From assembly GCA_016181585.1 (NCBI GenBank), contig JACOYX010000017.1, positions 8,317 through 72,316 on the forward strand: a DNA stretch of 64,000 nt, given 5' to 3'. Shown piece after piece: positions 17,365 through 25,886 of the stretch. Position 1 is the stretch's first letter; each line of letters starts with the position of its first letter. The stretch comes from Candidatus Sungiibacteriota bacterium (GTDB lineage Bacteria > Patescibacteriota > Minisyncoccia > Sungbacterales > HO2-52-23). The position numbers and the translations under genes are program-made. The notes under the pieces are model-generated. The model searched no databases and was not told where the DNA came from. It worked only from the letters and a program-made list of their open reading frames with translations.

Positions 17365-18357
17365 TTATACCTTCACCGCAGTAAACACCGCAGTCGGATG
17401 ATATGACATCATATTTTGCATTTGCTCAAAATCCGGCTCACGAAAAAGTTGAGTCATCGCTTCGTTCATCAACGCGAGTTTTTTCTCGCTTGATAATTCA
17501 GAAAGCGGAGGCCAGCGGAAAAATACCGTCCAGCCGTTGCGGATGAATTCAATTACGCGTAAACCATTCAAGGGAATAAAATTCTCAGTAAACAACAAAG
17601 AAGAAAGTCCGGCTTTAAGACTTGCCTGTACCAAAAAATCATATGTCATTTTTGCAGAACCCAAAGGCCAAAGGTTTTCCCGAGTAAAATCAGGGTATTC
17701 CCGCTTCACAACGCCGTAAAGAATTTGATGTGTCCGCTGATATAACGGATGTGAAAGCTCGGTAAGAATTTCTCCGCTATTTGTGAATGTGCGATGATCA
17801 CTGATACGCGTCAAGAATTTAAAATTTGAAGGTCCGAGATCAAAAGCAAATACACCGCATTTTTTGAGCACACACGAAACTTGCTCAAGAACTTTTGGCA
17901 CCAAACTTTCCTTGCCCGGAGGGTTGAAGAGATGAAATGCCTGGCAACACAATATCGTATCCACACCATTGAAAGATTCGTGGAAAGGTTCGTCCTGCAA
18001 TCCCGGTACACCAGTCCACAGATCTGCTACTTGGTGGAGCGAACGTAAAAGCGTCTCACCGCGCCCGCCAACGATAGTCACCAGCGGGTCACCCATGGTG
18101 TTCAACCCTAAGAAATATCTCATTCCCTCATCGGGCTCAACCGCTATCACGCGCTCTGCGTGTTGCAAAATTTCCATTGTGGAAATTCCAATGCCTGCAC
18201 CAATTTCTACCACTGCACCAAGATTCTTTTTTCCAAGCCGCGCTTTCGCCGCATTAATAACAAACCGAGCTGATTCTCGGTAATAATCATCTCGCAAATT
18301 AAACGCCGCATACGGTATCGCCGCATTTCCTGAAAAAATACTCGTTACTTCTACCAT
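17365..18357 (-). CDS. class I SAM-dependent methyltransferase
   Basis: VEIGAGIGIST, AVEPD, QAFH; SD GGAGGT and own promoter. Confidence 0.8.
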   Translation of the reverse strand: MVEVTSIFSGNAAIPYAAFNLRDDYYRESARFVINAAKARLGKKNLGAVVEIGAGIGISTMEILQHAERVIAVEPDEGMRYFLGLNTMGDPLVTIVGGRGETLLRSLHQVADLWTGVPGLQDEPFHESFNGVDTILCCQAFHLFNPPGKESLVPKVLEQVSCVLKKCGVFAFDLGPSNFKFLTRISDHRTFTNSGEILTELSHPLYQRTHQILYGVVKREYPDFTRENLWPLGSAKMTYDFLVQASLKAGLSSLLFTENFIPLNGLRVIEFIRNGWTVFFRWPPLSELSSEKKLALMNEAMTQLFREPDFEQMQNMMSYHPTAVFTAVKV

Positions 18358-18440
18358 CTAGCATTACCTCCCTTATAATTTTGCTCTTAAGAGCTAATAA
18401 AACTAGTACATTATATAAAGATTACTGTCAAGACACAAAT

Positions 18441-18477
18441 AAAAAACCTTACGAGACATGGTCTCGTAAGGTTTTTT
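18441..18477 (-). terminator. intrinsic terminator after neuC
   Basis: aaaaaaccttacgagac-atg-gtctcgtaaggtttttt. Confidence 0.75.
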
Positions 18478-18485
18478 ATTGAACA

Positions 18486-19658
18486 TTATATCTCCTTTGC
18501 TTCAAAAAAATTTTTTTGTATCTGCAAGGTTGCGCGCGCGAGCACTTTTGCAATTTTTTCGCTCGTTTTGGCTTGGTGATAAAGTATTGCGGGCGGATAG
18601 CGGCCGTGTTCGAGCTGACGCAAAATAGCACCTTTGATTTCTTGTTTCCTGTGGCCAACATCAAGCACGTTTGGCCCGCGAAGGCGGTTTTGCTGGCGCG
18701 TGCCGATATTGACCACCGGCGTACCGAGATACGAACATTCTTTAATGCCAGATGAGGAATTGCCGATTAAGCACTTTGCGCTCCGCAAAAGACCAATAAA
18801 ATCCTCAGGCAAGAGATCAGTCACAAAACGAATGTGATGATTTTCCGATCCCACGCGCTCGCGCCAGACGCGAATCACTTTTGCAATTTCATGCGTGCCT
18901 GCGTCGCTATTCGGCCAAAACCAAGCCGTAGGCATTTTGAGCTCATCAATTACCTTAAAAAGTTCTTCTGCGTTTTCTTGATTATTCTTTTCCGTAGTTA
19001 CGGGATGCTGCATAACCACAAGAAATGGTTTTGCAACATCAATGTGCGCTCCCACACCCGCGGCATTCACCACTTCGCCTTTATTTTTTTTGGAAATGGA
19101 TGCCACAAATTCTATGTCTAGCGAACCCACATTAAATACATATTCCGGATGCTCCCCCATCTGAATTACGCGCCTTCGCGAATCTTCATTGGTAACAAAA
19201 TGAATATGCGAAAGTTTGGTAATCGCGTGGCGCACGCTTTCATCAATCGTACCGGAAAGATCGCCGCCTTCAATGTGCGCGATTGTTTTATTCAAATACG
19301 CCGCCGTCATCGCAAGCGCCAACTGCTCAAAACGATCTCCGCGGATCAAAACAATATCCGATTTAAGGCGATCCAAAGAATTAGAAAATTCAAGCGCCGT
19401 AAGTCCTGCCGTGCGTGCCATTGCCACATGATGCCCGCCTTCTATAACATTATACAACACATCGCTGATTTTAAACCCCGCCTTTTCCATTGCAGGCAAA
19501 AATCGCTCGCCGTATTTATCGATCAGAACTGATCCTCCAGCAACAAGCTGCAAATCAATATCCTTATGATGCAGCATTTTTTCCAGCAATAATTTCTGCC
19601 TCGCGTAATGCACGCGGCTGGTGATCGGAAAACAGATTTTTCTTTTACCTTTTTTCAT
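18486..19658 (-). CDS. neuC: hydrolysing NDP-GlcNAc 2-epimerase (NeuC/LegG family)
   Basis: GDRFE, HIEGGD.SGTIDESVRHAITKLSH, HPVT, GNSSSGIKE. Confidence 0.92.
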   Translation of the reverse strand: MKKGKRKICFPITSRVHYARQKLLLEKMLHHKDIDLQLVAGGSVLIDKYGERFLPAMEKAGFKISDVLYNVIEGGHHVAMARTAGLTALEFSNSLDRLKSDIVLIRGDRFEQLALAMTAAYLNKTIAHIEGGDLSGTIDESVRHAITKLSHIHFVTNEDSRRRVIQMGEHPEYVFNVGSLDIEFVASISKKNKGEVVNAAGVGAHIDVAKPFLVVMQHPVTTEKNNQENAEELFKVIDELKMPTAWFWPNSDAGTHEIAKVIRVWRERVGSENHHIRFVTDLLPEDFIGLLRSAKCLIGNSSSGIKECSYLGTPVVNIGTRQQNRLRGPNVLDVGHRKQEIKGAILRQLEHGRYPPAILYHQAKTSEKIAKVLARATLQIQKNFFEAKEI

Positions 19659-19708
19659 ATATCTCTCGCCTTAACACTAAAAATTGGTCTAATACTGAAA
19701 TTCACAAA

Positions 19709-19913
19709 GGCTGTCTCGGCTGCTATGATTTCAGACAATTGGATCGTCGGATTGGATTGGTTCCGCGTACTCGCGGGACAATCCGACGATCCATTAGAGA
19801 GGCCGCCGCCGGGTCAAAAGCACTGCTTTTGACGGGCAGTACTCTACCCCTGGATTTTGCTGTCGGAAGCAAAATCGGCGAAAGGGTCTGAAATCATAGC
19901 AGCCGAGGCAACC
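19709..19913 (+). repeat. TGGT-bulge structured palindromic element, copy 3
   Basis: 22-bp perfect IR 19715-19736/19886-19907; ggatcgtcggattg-GATTGGT-tccgcg..cgcggga-caatccgacgatcc. Confidence 0.85.
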
Positions 19914-19927
19914 GCCCCCTCGACAAC

Positions 19928-21283
19928 TTACAAATTTTCCAAAATAAAATTACCAATTCTCTCCCCAGATTTTCCATCCACAAACTTACACTGGCTTTCA
20001 ACAAGTTTTCTGCGTCCCGCAGAATCGAGCATGGGATCCGCCAAATACTTCTTCACCCACCCTATCAAATCTTCCTCGCTTCCGGCAAGACGGATACCCC
20101 CGTGATCAAGGGCTTTTTTATAATGCGCCATGGCATAAAATTGTGTGGGTGACTTGCACAAAGCCTCATGCGGCCGAATTTCAAAATTAAGATTTATCAC
20201 CGGCTTGTTAAACACCGAGCCGTCTATACTGATGCTCGAAGCGTAACACACGAGAATCGACATATGGTACAACGTATCGGCAAGGTATTTTAGTTCCGCA
20301 AAATCCATATCCCAATCCACTCCCCTTTTCTCGGAAAATCGCGTTCCTGGGTAAGTATAGAGAAGCTTTGGGCGATTGTTTAAATCTTTCGGATCAATAA
20401 AATCATTGGGAGGGAACCGCACTAAGATTTTTATATTATTCCCAAATTTTCCTTCTTCCGCAAGTCGGTTCAATAAATCCATCATATCCCAATCGGAATT
20501 ACTAAACGCACTGCCAATCGGAGAATAGACAATCAATTTCGTGTCGGCAGGCAAATTCAGTCCCCGAAAATATTCTTCGCGCGTGTTTGGCCTCAAAGAA
20601 AAATATTGGTCATATTGCGGTATGCCGCCGGTAAAAATAATATCAGGATTGATGTTGTTATAGAGCATCAAATCTTCTTTGATAAGATCATTAAAAACCA
20701 CAAGATGGTCCGGCACGATGCGTAAAATACACCTTCCTGAAACCCGATCCCATGTATTGATAAATCCTATTGTCTTCACCTTGTTTTTTTTCGCCTCCCG
20801 CAAAAAATGCACCTCCCGTTCATCAAAAAGATTTGCAAGAAATACAAGATCCGGCCGGTATTTCGCAAAATATTTCGCGTACACGCGATCACGCACAAGG
20901 CGATAATCCAAAAAACGCACTGCGGCGAGAACTACAGGACGCGCCAAAAGCCAATTGATAACATTGCTCCATTGATAGGAAACGTAATTTCCTCGCATAT
21001 CATAATCCATACGACGCCGCAATTTTGTGGTCTCCGTCCGCAAAAGCGTGTATTTAAATTTGCGGAATAACCCGTCGAAACCCATTACTGCAGGGTTTTC
21101 CACCACTTCATAAAAAACCCGCGGATCATTGAATTCTTTTTTAAGATACTCAAGCCGTTTTTTATTTTTCGTAAACAAAACAAGGCGAATATCTTTTCGC
21201 TTCATCAATATTTCAAAAACAGGAGTCCGCAAAATATTTTTCGACTCCACCCCCTCAAAAATTGTTATAAAAATTGTTTTCAT
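19928..21283 (-). CDS. TagB/TagF-like GT-B glycosyl/glycerophosphotransferase
   Basis: NTWD, GGIPQYD, VRFPP, SSISIDGSVFNKP, DGKSGER. Confidence 0.7.
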   Translation of the reverse strand: MKTIFITIFEGVESKNILRTPVFEILMKRKDIRLVLFTKNKKRLEYLKKEFNDPRVFYEVVENPAVMGFDGLFRKFKYTLLRTETTKLRRRMDYDMRGNYVSYQWSNVINWLLARPVVLAAVRFLDYRLVRDRVYAKYFAKYRPDLVFLANLFDEREVHFLREAKKNKVKTIGFINTWDRVSGRCILRIVPDHLVVFNDLIKEDLMLYNNINPDIIFTGGIPQYDQYFSLRPNTREEYFRGLNLPADTKLIVYSPIGSAFSNSDWDMMDLLNRLAEEGKFGNNIKILVRFPPNDFIDPKDLNNRPKLLYTYPGTRFSEKRGVDWDMDFAELKYLADTLYHMSILVCYASSISIDGSVFNKPVINLNFEIRPHEALCKSPTQFYAMAHYKKALDHGGIRLAGSEEDLIGWVKKYLADPMLDSAGRRKLVESQCKFVDGKSGERIGNFILENL

Positions 21284-21336
21284 TTTCTTCCTTCATCACA
21301 GACCCCCACATGTGAGAAAATGCCATCGAAAAAGAA

Positions 21337-21485
21337 TGCGGCCTCGGCACACTCTGTTTGCGACAATTGGACCCGCAAGTTTGCATGGTTTCCGCGCACT
21401 CGCGGAAAAACTTGCGGGTCCCTTAACAAATTCCGCGCTGGCGGAATTTGTCGGGTCGCAAACAGAGTGTGCCGAGAAAGCCGCA
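21337..21485 (+). repeat. TGGT-bulge structured palindromic element, copy 4
   Basis: 22-bp perfect IR 21343-21364/21455-21476; ggacccgcaagttt-GCATGGT-ttccgcg..cgcggaa-aaacttgcgggtcc. Confidence 0.85.
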
Positions 21486-21502
21486 ACCCATAACTACAAA
21501 AC

Positions 21503-22192
21503 CTATTTTTTCTCCATCACATAAATCACATAATTCCCAAACCATTCATTCGCCGGCAATATATGCTTAAACCGTTCTTTCCCAAAGAGAAAAACCCCGG
21601 GCTTTGTATAAATTGTTTTCTCCAAATCAAAATATCGTAAAAACGTTTTTTTAAACGTGTCTTTCGTGAATACCGTAATATGATTATTTGATTCATTCCA
21701 GCGCGGAAACGTGCCTTTTTTCAAAAATAAAAGTCGGCTTGTAACGTGGAAAACATTGGGAAGGGCAAAAATAAATTTAGCGCCCGGTTTTATGACACGA
21801 TACACTTCCCGCATAAAGTGATAGGGATTTTCCATGTGCTCCCCGATTCCCCACGCCGCAACCCCGTCGAATGAATTGTTGGGATACGGAATTTTTTCAG
21901 TATTCAAATCAATAACTGTAAAAGCCATTTTGGTGCGATCCGCAAATTTCAAGGCATCATAAAAATCCACCGCGTGAATATCGGTATAATTATGGTCCTG
22001 AAGAATTTTCGTAAAAGCTCCCGTGTGCGGTCCGCATTCAAGAATCTTTCCATTTTTGGGAAAATACTGCAAAGCAAGAGACGGCTCTGTTGTCCCCATA
22101 AACCGCGTACCGCCCTCGACCTCTTCTTTTTCCCGCACCCATTCGGGATGCATGCGCATTTCTTCAACAGTGATATATGCTGGTTTTTTCAT
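21503..22192 (-). CDS. class I SAM-dependent methyltransferase (type 11)
   Basis: LECGPHTG, EHMENP, RVIKPG; start set at MKKPAY because the longer ORF runs through a repeat. Confidence 0.85.
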   Translation of the reverse strand: MKKPAYITVEEMRMHPEWVREKEEVEGGTRFMGTTEPSLALQYFPKNGKILECGPHTGAFTKILQDHNYTDIHAVDFYDALKFADRTKMAFTVIDLNTEKIPYPNNSFDGVAAWGIGEHMENPYHFMREVYRVIKPGAKFIFALPNVFHVTSRLLFLKKGTFPRWNESNNHITVFTKDTFKKTFLRYFDLEKTIYTKPGVFLFGKERFKHILPANEWFGNYVIYVMEKK

Positions 22193-22216
22193 ATAATAAT
22201 AGAGTTTGGCGAATAT

Positions 22217-22355
22217 TGTCATTGCGAGCCTGCCCGCCTGCTGTCTTAGGACAGCCAAACCAGGTCGCAGACATCGGCTAGGGTGCTGACGAAGCAATCT
22301 CATACTTACGATATGAGATTGCTTCGTCCAGGTAGAACAGGGACTCGCAATGACA
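22217..22355. repeat. RPE-like palindromic element (GTCATTGCGAG type) with nested insert
   Basis: tgtcattgcgag...cgaagcaatctcat-atgagattgcttcg...ctcgcaatgaca. Confidence 0.8.
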
Positions 22356-22448
22356 CTGTAGGCCATTATTCACCAAACCCTGTTTTACCTACTTGACTAT
22401 TACTTAGCTTAGTTATACTTTATTCTTAAGATCTTTCTTGGAGAAGAT

Positions 22449-22676
22449 ATGAACAGAAAATATGGTGCACTGCCTCCTCCTGAAGCAGCTTGGCAAATTG
22501 GCAAAACAGCTAAATTTATCACGCGAATTAATGAAATTAGCAGACGGTTGGAAGAATATCATAAGCATCTCAATGACCCTTATACTTTCTACCCGGACGA
22601 AGTTGATGCTGTTCGTGAATTAAAAACACACGCAGCTGAAGATATCGAATTTTTGCTTGGTGAAATTAGAAAGTAA
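22449..22676 (+). CDS. small hypothetical protein (cassette 1)
   Basis: TTGACT at 22393, SD GGAG, clean 75-aa ORF. Confidence 0.65.
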   Translation: MNRKYGALPPPEAAWQIGKTAKFITRINEISRRLEEYHKHLNDPYTFYPDEVDAVRELKTHAAEDIEFLLGEIRK

Positions 22677-22694
22677 ACCGCTCTTTTTTTCATT

Positions 22695-22760
22695 TCCTCA
22701 TTGCCCGTGACACCTCTGCTTTTCCAATAACCAACCGCAGGGATTTTCCTTATTTTAAGC
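22695..22760. repeat. cassette-delimiting direct repeat R1
   Basis: tcctcattgcccgtgacacctctgcttttccaataaccaaccgcagggattttcc-ttattttaagc. Confidence 0.8.
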
Positions 22761-22775
22761 CACCTTTTCAGCTAC

Positions 22776-22804
22776 TTGACTTCTCAACAAAGAAATGATA
22801 GCGT
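22776..22804 (+). promoter_or_regulatory. sigma70-type promoter with extended -10
   Basis: TTGACT-17-TAGCGT preceded by TG. Confidence 0.55.
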
Positions 22805-22810
22805 GTAAAT

Positions 22811-22951
22811 GTCTGATGGGACAGAGGTTGGAATTGTCTACAGACAGTTTGCCTTAAAGCGCCGACCTCTCGGGACTACCCATCCAGCCCAATTGGGACG
22901 AATGCCGCGATAGACGCGGGGTAGAGAGGAAACGCGACCATCCCATCAGGC
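22811..22951 (+). ncRNA. unclassified ~140-nt structured RNA candidate (cassette 2)
   Basis: GUCUGAUGGGA/UCCCAUCAGGC closing stem, several internal helices, promoter upstream and terminator downstream. Confidence 0.6.
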
Positions 22952-22953
22952 AT

Positions 22954-22983
22954 GCTCAGCTCTTTGGAGTTGAGCTTTTCTTT
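22954..22983 (+). terminator. intrinsic terminator
   Basis: gctcagctc-tttg-gagttgagc followed by ttttcttt. Confidence 0.75.
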
Positions 22984-22984
22984 G

Positions 22985-23143
22985 TCCTCACTTTCCATGA
23001 CACCTCTGCTTTTTCAATAACCAACCGCAGGCCTGCCAGCCGAAGCCTCGGCGTAGGCGGGGATTTTCCCGCGGCCTTCCGTAGCTTTTAGCGTAGGAGG
23101 CTTTATTTCCCGCCAGAGGCGTGTCCGCCTTCGGCGGATAAGC
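22985..23143. repeat. direct repeat R2 carrying three short palindromic insertions
   Basis: Aligns to R1 after removing 23031-23060, 23070-23102 and 23109-23138. Confidence 0.8.
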
Positions 23144-23271
23144 TGTTTTTCCATCTTTGGCACGATTGAATTTGCTGAATGATAGAAAATGTCATGCGAA
23201 ATTTTCTTGACATAGCATACATTTATTTCTATACTTTTTTCAGAACCTGATAACACAGGAGGTACCCTCGC

Positions 23272-23511
23272 ATGAAGTATCTGCTTACTTTTCTCGCTAT
23301 TTTTGCTGCCTTTACGCTTTTGATTTTCGGTGCTATCCATCTTGATCTATTGCTAAATCCTTGGCTTCGTAACGCCGTGCAGGAGTGGAGGTGGTATAAC
23401 TATTTCACCTCGCATCATGCCGTTACTGCTCTTTACCTGGGAGGATGGCTCTGGTTAATTCCTTCGTTCATCATCTCGGCAATAGCATCTTTAGTTATCA
23501 CACAAGATTAG
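23272..23511 (+). CDS. small two-TM membrane protein (cassette 3)
   Basis: TTGACA-17-TATACT (23207-23235), SD AGGAGGT, terminator at 23524-23551. Confidence 0.75.
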   Translation: MKYLLTFLAIFAAFTLLIFGAIHLDLLLNPWLRNAVQEWRWYNYFTSHHAVTALYLGGWLWLIPSFIISAIASLVITQD

Positions 23512-23563
23512 CCAGTCATCTGCGCCCGGTTCACTGGAATCGGGCCTTTTTCTTTATATTATC

Positions 23564-23607
23564 TCCCATGACACTTTTGCTCTTTATTGACTAGCCCGCA
23601 GGGATTT
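23564..23607. repeat. direct repeat R3 (diverged)
   Basis: tcccatgacacttttgctctttattgactagcccgcagggattt. Confidence 0.65.
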
Positions 23608-23982
23608 ACTCACAAAATCTTTTAAATACGGCGTTGTCTCTAACTCCATAAATTCGTCTTTTGTAACCCATCGGAATTCGGTGTGCTCGTTGTTTAACTT
23701 TACATCACCGTTTACCGCCTTGCATCTGTAGCCGATAAATAGCACATAATTATCTTCATCCTTGTTGTAAGCGGTTTCCACAACCAGCGGAATAATATTG
23801 TCTATATCTATTCCAGCTTCTTCTTTTACTTCTCGTCTTAGTGCGGTTTCGTGTTCTTCTGGTATTTCAACTGCTCCGCCCGGTAAATCCCATCGCAATC
23901 CTTTATATGATGCTTTCAACACAAGAAACTTACCCTCTCTATTTGACACAATTGCTTTCTGGTGAAAATTGATTTTAGCCAT
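23584..23982 (-). CDS. NUDIX hydrolase (cassette 4)
   Basis: WDLPGG.VE..E....ALRREVKEEAG Nudix box. Confidence 0.92.
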   Translation of the reverse strand: MAKINFHQKAIVSNREGKFLVLKASYKGLRWDLPGGAVEIPEEHETALRREVKEEAGIDIDNIIPLVVETAYNKDEDNYVLFIGYRCKAVNGDVKLNNEHTEFRWVTKDEFMELETTPYLKDFVSKSLRASQ

Positions 23983-23990
23983 ATTTTTTA

Positions 23991-24013
23991 TCCTCACTTT
24001 CCATGACACCTCT
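23991..24013. repeat. direct repeat R4 (23-bp core)
   Basis: tcctcactttccatgacacctct, identical to the start of R2. Confidence 0.75.
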
Positions 24014-24687
24014 TATATTTCTTTCCACTTCCTCACTTCCTCATTTGCCTTTTTATATCTCTCCTCGGTTCCCGCATCGATCCAATATCCTTTATGCAAA
24101 AAAACATTCAGTTCGCCGCTCTCGGCAAGCCGCGGAAAAATCTCTTTTTCGATCATAAATTCTTCCGGTGTGTTTTCAAACACAGTCGGCGACAAAAGAT
24201 AAAATCCGCAATTCACATACCCCGTAATTTTTTCCTGCGGTTTTTCGAGAAACTCTTTTATCTTGCCATTATCAATGTTTAAAAGCCCAAAATCCCGCGC
24301 ATCGCTCACCTCCACACACATGATAGTATTGGGCAAAGAGCGCATCATCGCGGAAATATCCACATCAGTTAAACCATCTCCATTGAGCACCAAAAATGGT
24401 TCTTTCAAATCACGACTCGCGAATTTAATTCCCCCGCCCGTACCCAAAGGCCTCGGTTCCACCACATACTCAAATTTTCCCGGCCACTTCGCCTCACAAA
24501 ATGCGATAACCTGATCTGCCTTATGATACAAACTCAAGCGAATGTCGAAGATGCCATGCTTTTGCAATAAATTTACTTGATGCTCCAAAATCGTAACTCC
24601 ACCGACTTCAGCAAGCGGCTTTGGCCTCTCTCCCGTAATTTTTGCAAGCCGGGTGCCGAAACCACCGGCTAAAATAATTGCTTTCAT
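24013..24687 (-). CDS. sugar-1-phosphate nucleotidyltransferase (HddC/mannose-1-P guanylyltransferase-like)
   Basis: ILAGGFGTRL, PKPL, PLGTGG, NGD, EKP, WIDAGT. Confidence 0.9.
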   Translation of the reverse strand: MKAIILAGGFGTRLAKITGERPKPLAEVGGVTILEHQVNLLQKHGIFDIRLSLYHKADQVIAFCEAKWPGKFEYVVEPRPLGTGGGIKFASRDLKEPFLVLNGDGLTDVDISAMMRSLPNTIMCVEVSDARDFGLLNIDNGKIKEFLEKPQEKITGYVNCGFYLLSPTVFENTPEEFMIEKEIFPRLAESGELNVFLHKGYWIDAGTEERYKKANEEVRKWKEI

Positions 24688-24699
24688 CCCACACATAAC

Positions 24700-25117
24700 T
24701 TACACAAGACTATATTGAAGACACTCTTTAAGTCTCCGTAAACCCTGCGCATTTAATTGGTCTGTTGCCGAATAGCACTTTGACTACAATTGCATAAATT
24801 CGGTCAAATTTTTCAAAAAATTTCTTGGCTTATCTTCCAGATAGGCCGCAAAATTTTTTGAAAAATTTGCCTCGAATTTCTGCAACTTCGCGACGTAGGC
24901 TATTCGGCAACAGACCCTTAATTTTAAAGATTGTTCTCTCTTATAAGCATCATCTTTTTACACATAAGCTTCATAGTACACAAGTCGCCATGGCAAATAC
25001 TTTTTTGTGTACGACGACTTGCCACTGTTATGCTGATATAGTCTTCTACGAAGATCACCTGTACCCTACGTACAAACCATCAACAGTTTCAGATTTGAGC
25101 AAATACACATAATACAT
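24700..25117 (-). pseudogene. GIY-YIG nuclease (YhbQ/UPF0213-like) pseudogene interrupted by a repeat element
   Basis: MYYVYLLKS..LYVGY / GDLRRRLYQHNSGKSSYTKKYLPWRLVYYEAYV*KDDAYKREQSLK [insertion] LNAQGLRRLKECLQYSLV*. Confidence 0.85.
24757..24917. mobile_element. MITE-like element, family B, copy 1, with TTAA target duplication
   Basis: 18-bp perfect IR GGTCTGTTGCCGAATAGC; TTAA at 24753-24756 and 24918-24921. Confidence 0.85.
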
Positions 25118-25128
25118 GTTTGTGTAAG

Positions 25129-25857
25129 TTATGTGTGGGATGAATTACTTTTTCTCAATAACAACTCCGCAATCTCAAAATCAATCGCGTGATCAATATC
25201 CACCGTCGGCCTTTTAAGAAAATACGGCAAAACCTTACCACCAATGACTGAATTTTTCTCCATAATTGTACTATAACGCACCACACCGATATCTGCAGTG
25301 GTCTGATACACTTTGGGCAATGACTGACGAGGTGCGGTATGCCAATCTTTCATGCCAGGCATATCTGAAACAAAGGGGTCAATAAAATCTCCCGCTATCT
25401 TCCACATTTTAAAGGGTGGCTTCGATGGCTCTTCTATCGAACGCACACTATCGGCTTCCGGAAATTTTTCCAAAAGCTCAATGGACTCATCAATCTCCTC
25501 CGCGGTACGCAAAGGCCCGGTCGGCCGCAAATGCACTAGAATATCCGGCTGATATTTTTCATGATCCTTCAGCCACTCCAGTGCGTGTAAAAAAACCGGC
25601 GTATCCGGCGTCAAATCTTCAGCTAAATTTGCGGGACGCAAAAAAGGCACCTCGACGCCATATTTTCTTGCGATGTCGGCAATCTCTTCATTGTCGGTAG
25701 ACACAATCACGCGATCAATATATTTTGATTTTTTTGCCACACCAATGCTCCACGCAAGCAACGGTTTACCCGCAAGTAATTGTATGTTTTTTTTCGGTAT
25801 CCCCTTTGATCCCCCCCTCGCAGGGATGAGAGCTAATATCTTTTTTCTATTTATCAT
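25129..25857 (-). CDS. neuA: acylneuraminate cytidylyltransferase (second copy)
   Basis: PARGGSKGIPKKN, LRPTGPLR, VDID. Confidence 0.92.
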   Translation of the reverse strand: MINRKKILALIPARGGSKGIPKKNIQLLAGKPLLAWSIGVAKKSKYIDRVIVSTDNEEIADIARKYGVEVPFLRPANLAEDLTPDTPVFLHALEWLKDHEKYQPDILVHLRPTGPLRTAEEIDESIELLEKFPEADSVRSIEEPSKPPFKMWKIAGDFIDPFVSDMPGMKDWHTAPRQSLPKVYQTTADIGVVRYSTIMEKNSVIGGKVLPYFLKRPTVDIDHAIDFEIAELLLRKSNSSHT

Positions 25858-25886
25858 AAATAGTTTTGAGTGATACAATACTTACC

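Noticed and set aside
22193-22366. N-terminal extension of the methyltransferase (likewise 45796-45852 and 1491-1628)
   Set aside because: Extensions run through palindromic repeats or structured leaders and do not look protein-like.
22811-22951. Hammerhead ribozyme or RNase P call for the structured RNA
   Set aside because: CUGAUGG lies in the closing stem and is not CUGAUGA; GAGGAAA is not followed by GUCC and the RNA is too short.
23014-23340. 108-aa minus-strand ORF
   Set aside because: Made of repeat R2, its inserts and the antisense of a well-signalled plus-strand gene.
22695-24013. CRISPR array or classical integron interpretation of the direct repeats
   Set aside because: Intervals of hundreds of bp containing genes; no cas genes, no intI, no RYYYAAC/GTTRRRY boxes.
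24825-25112. 95-aa plus-strand ORF
   Set aside because: Starts inside a repeat element and is antisense to the GIY-YIG pseudogene.
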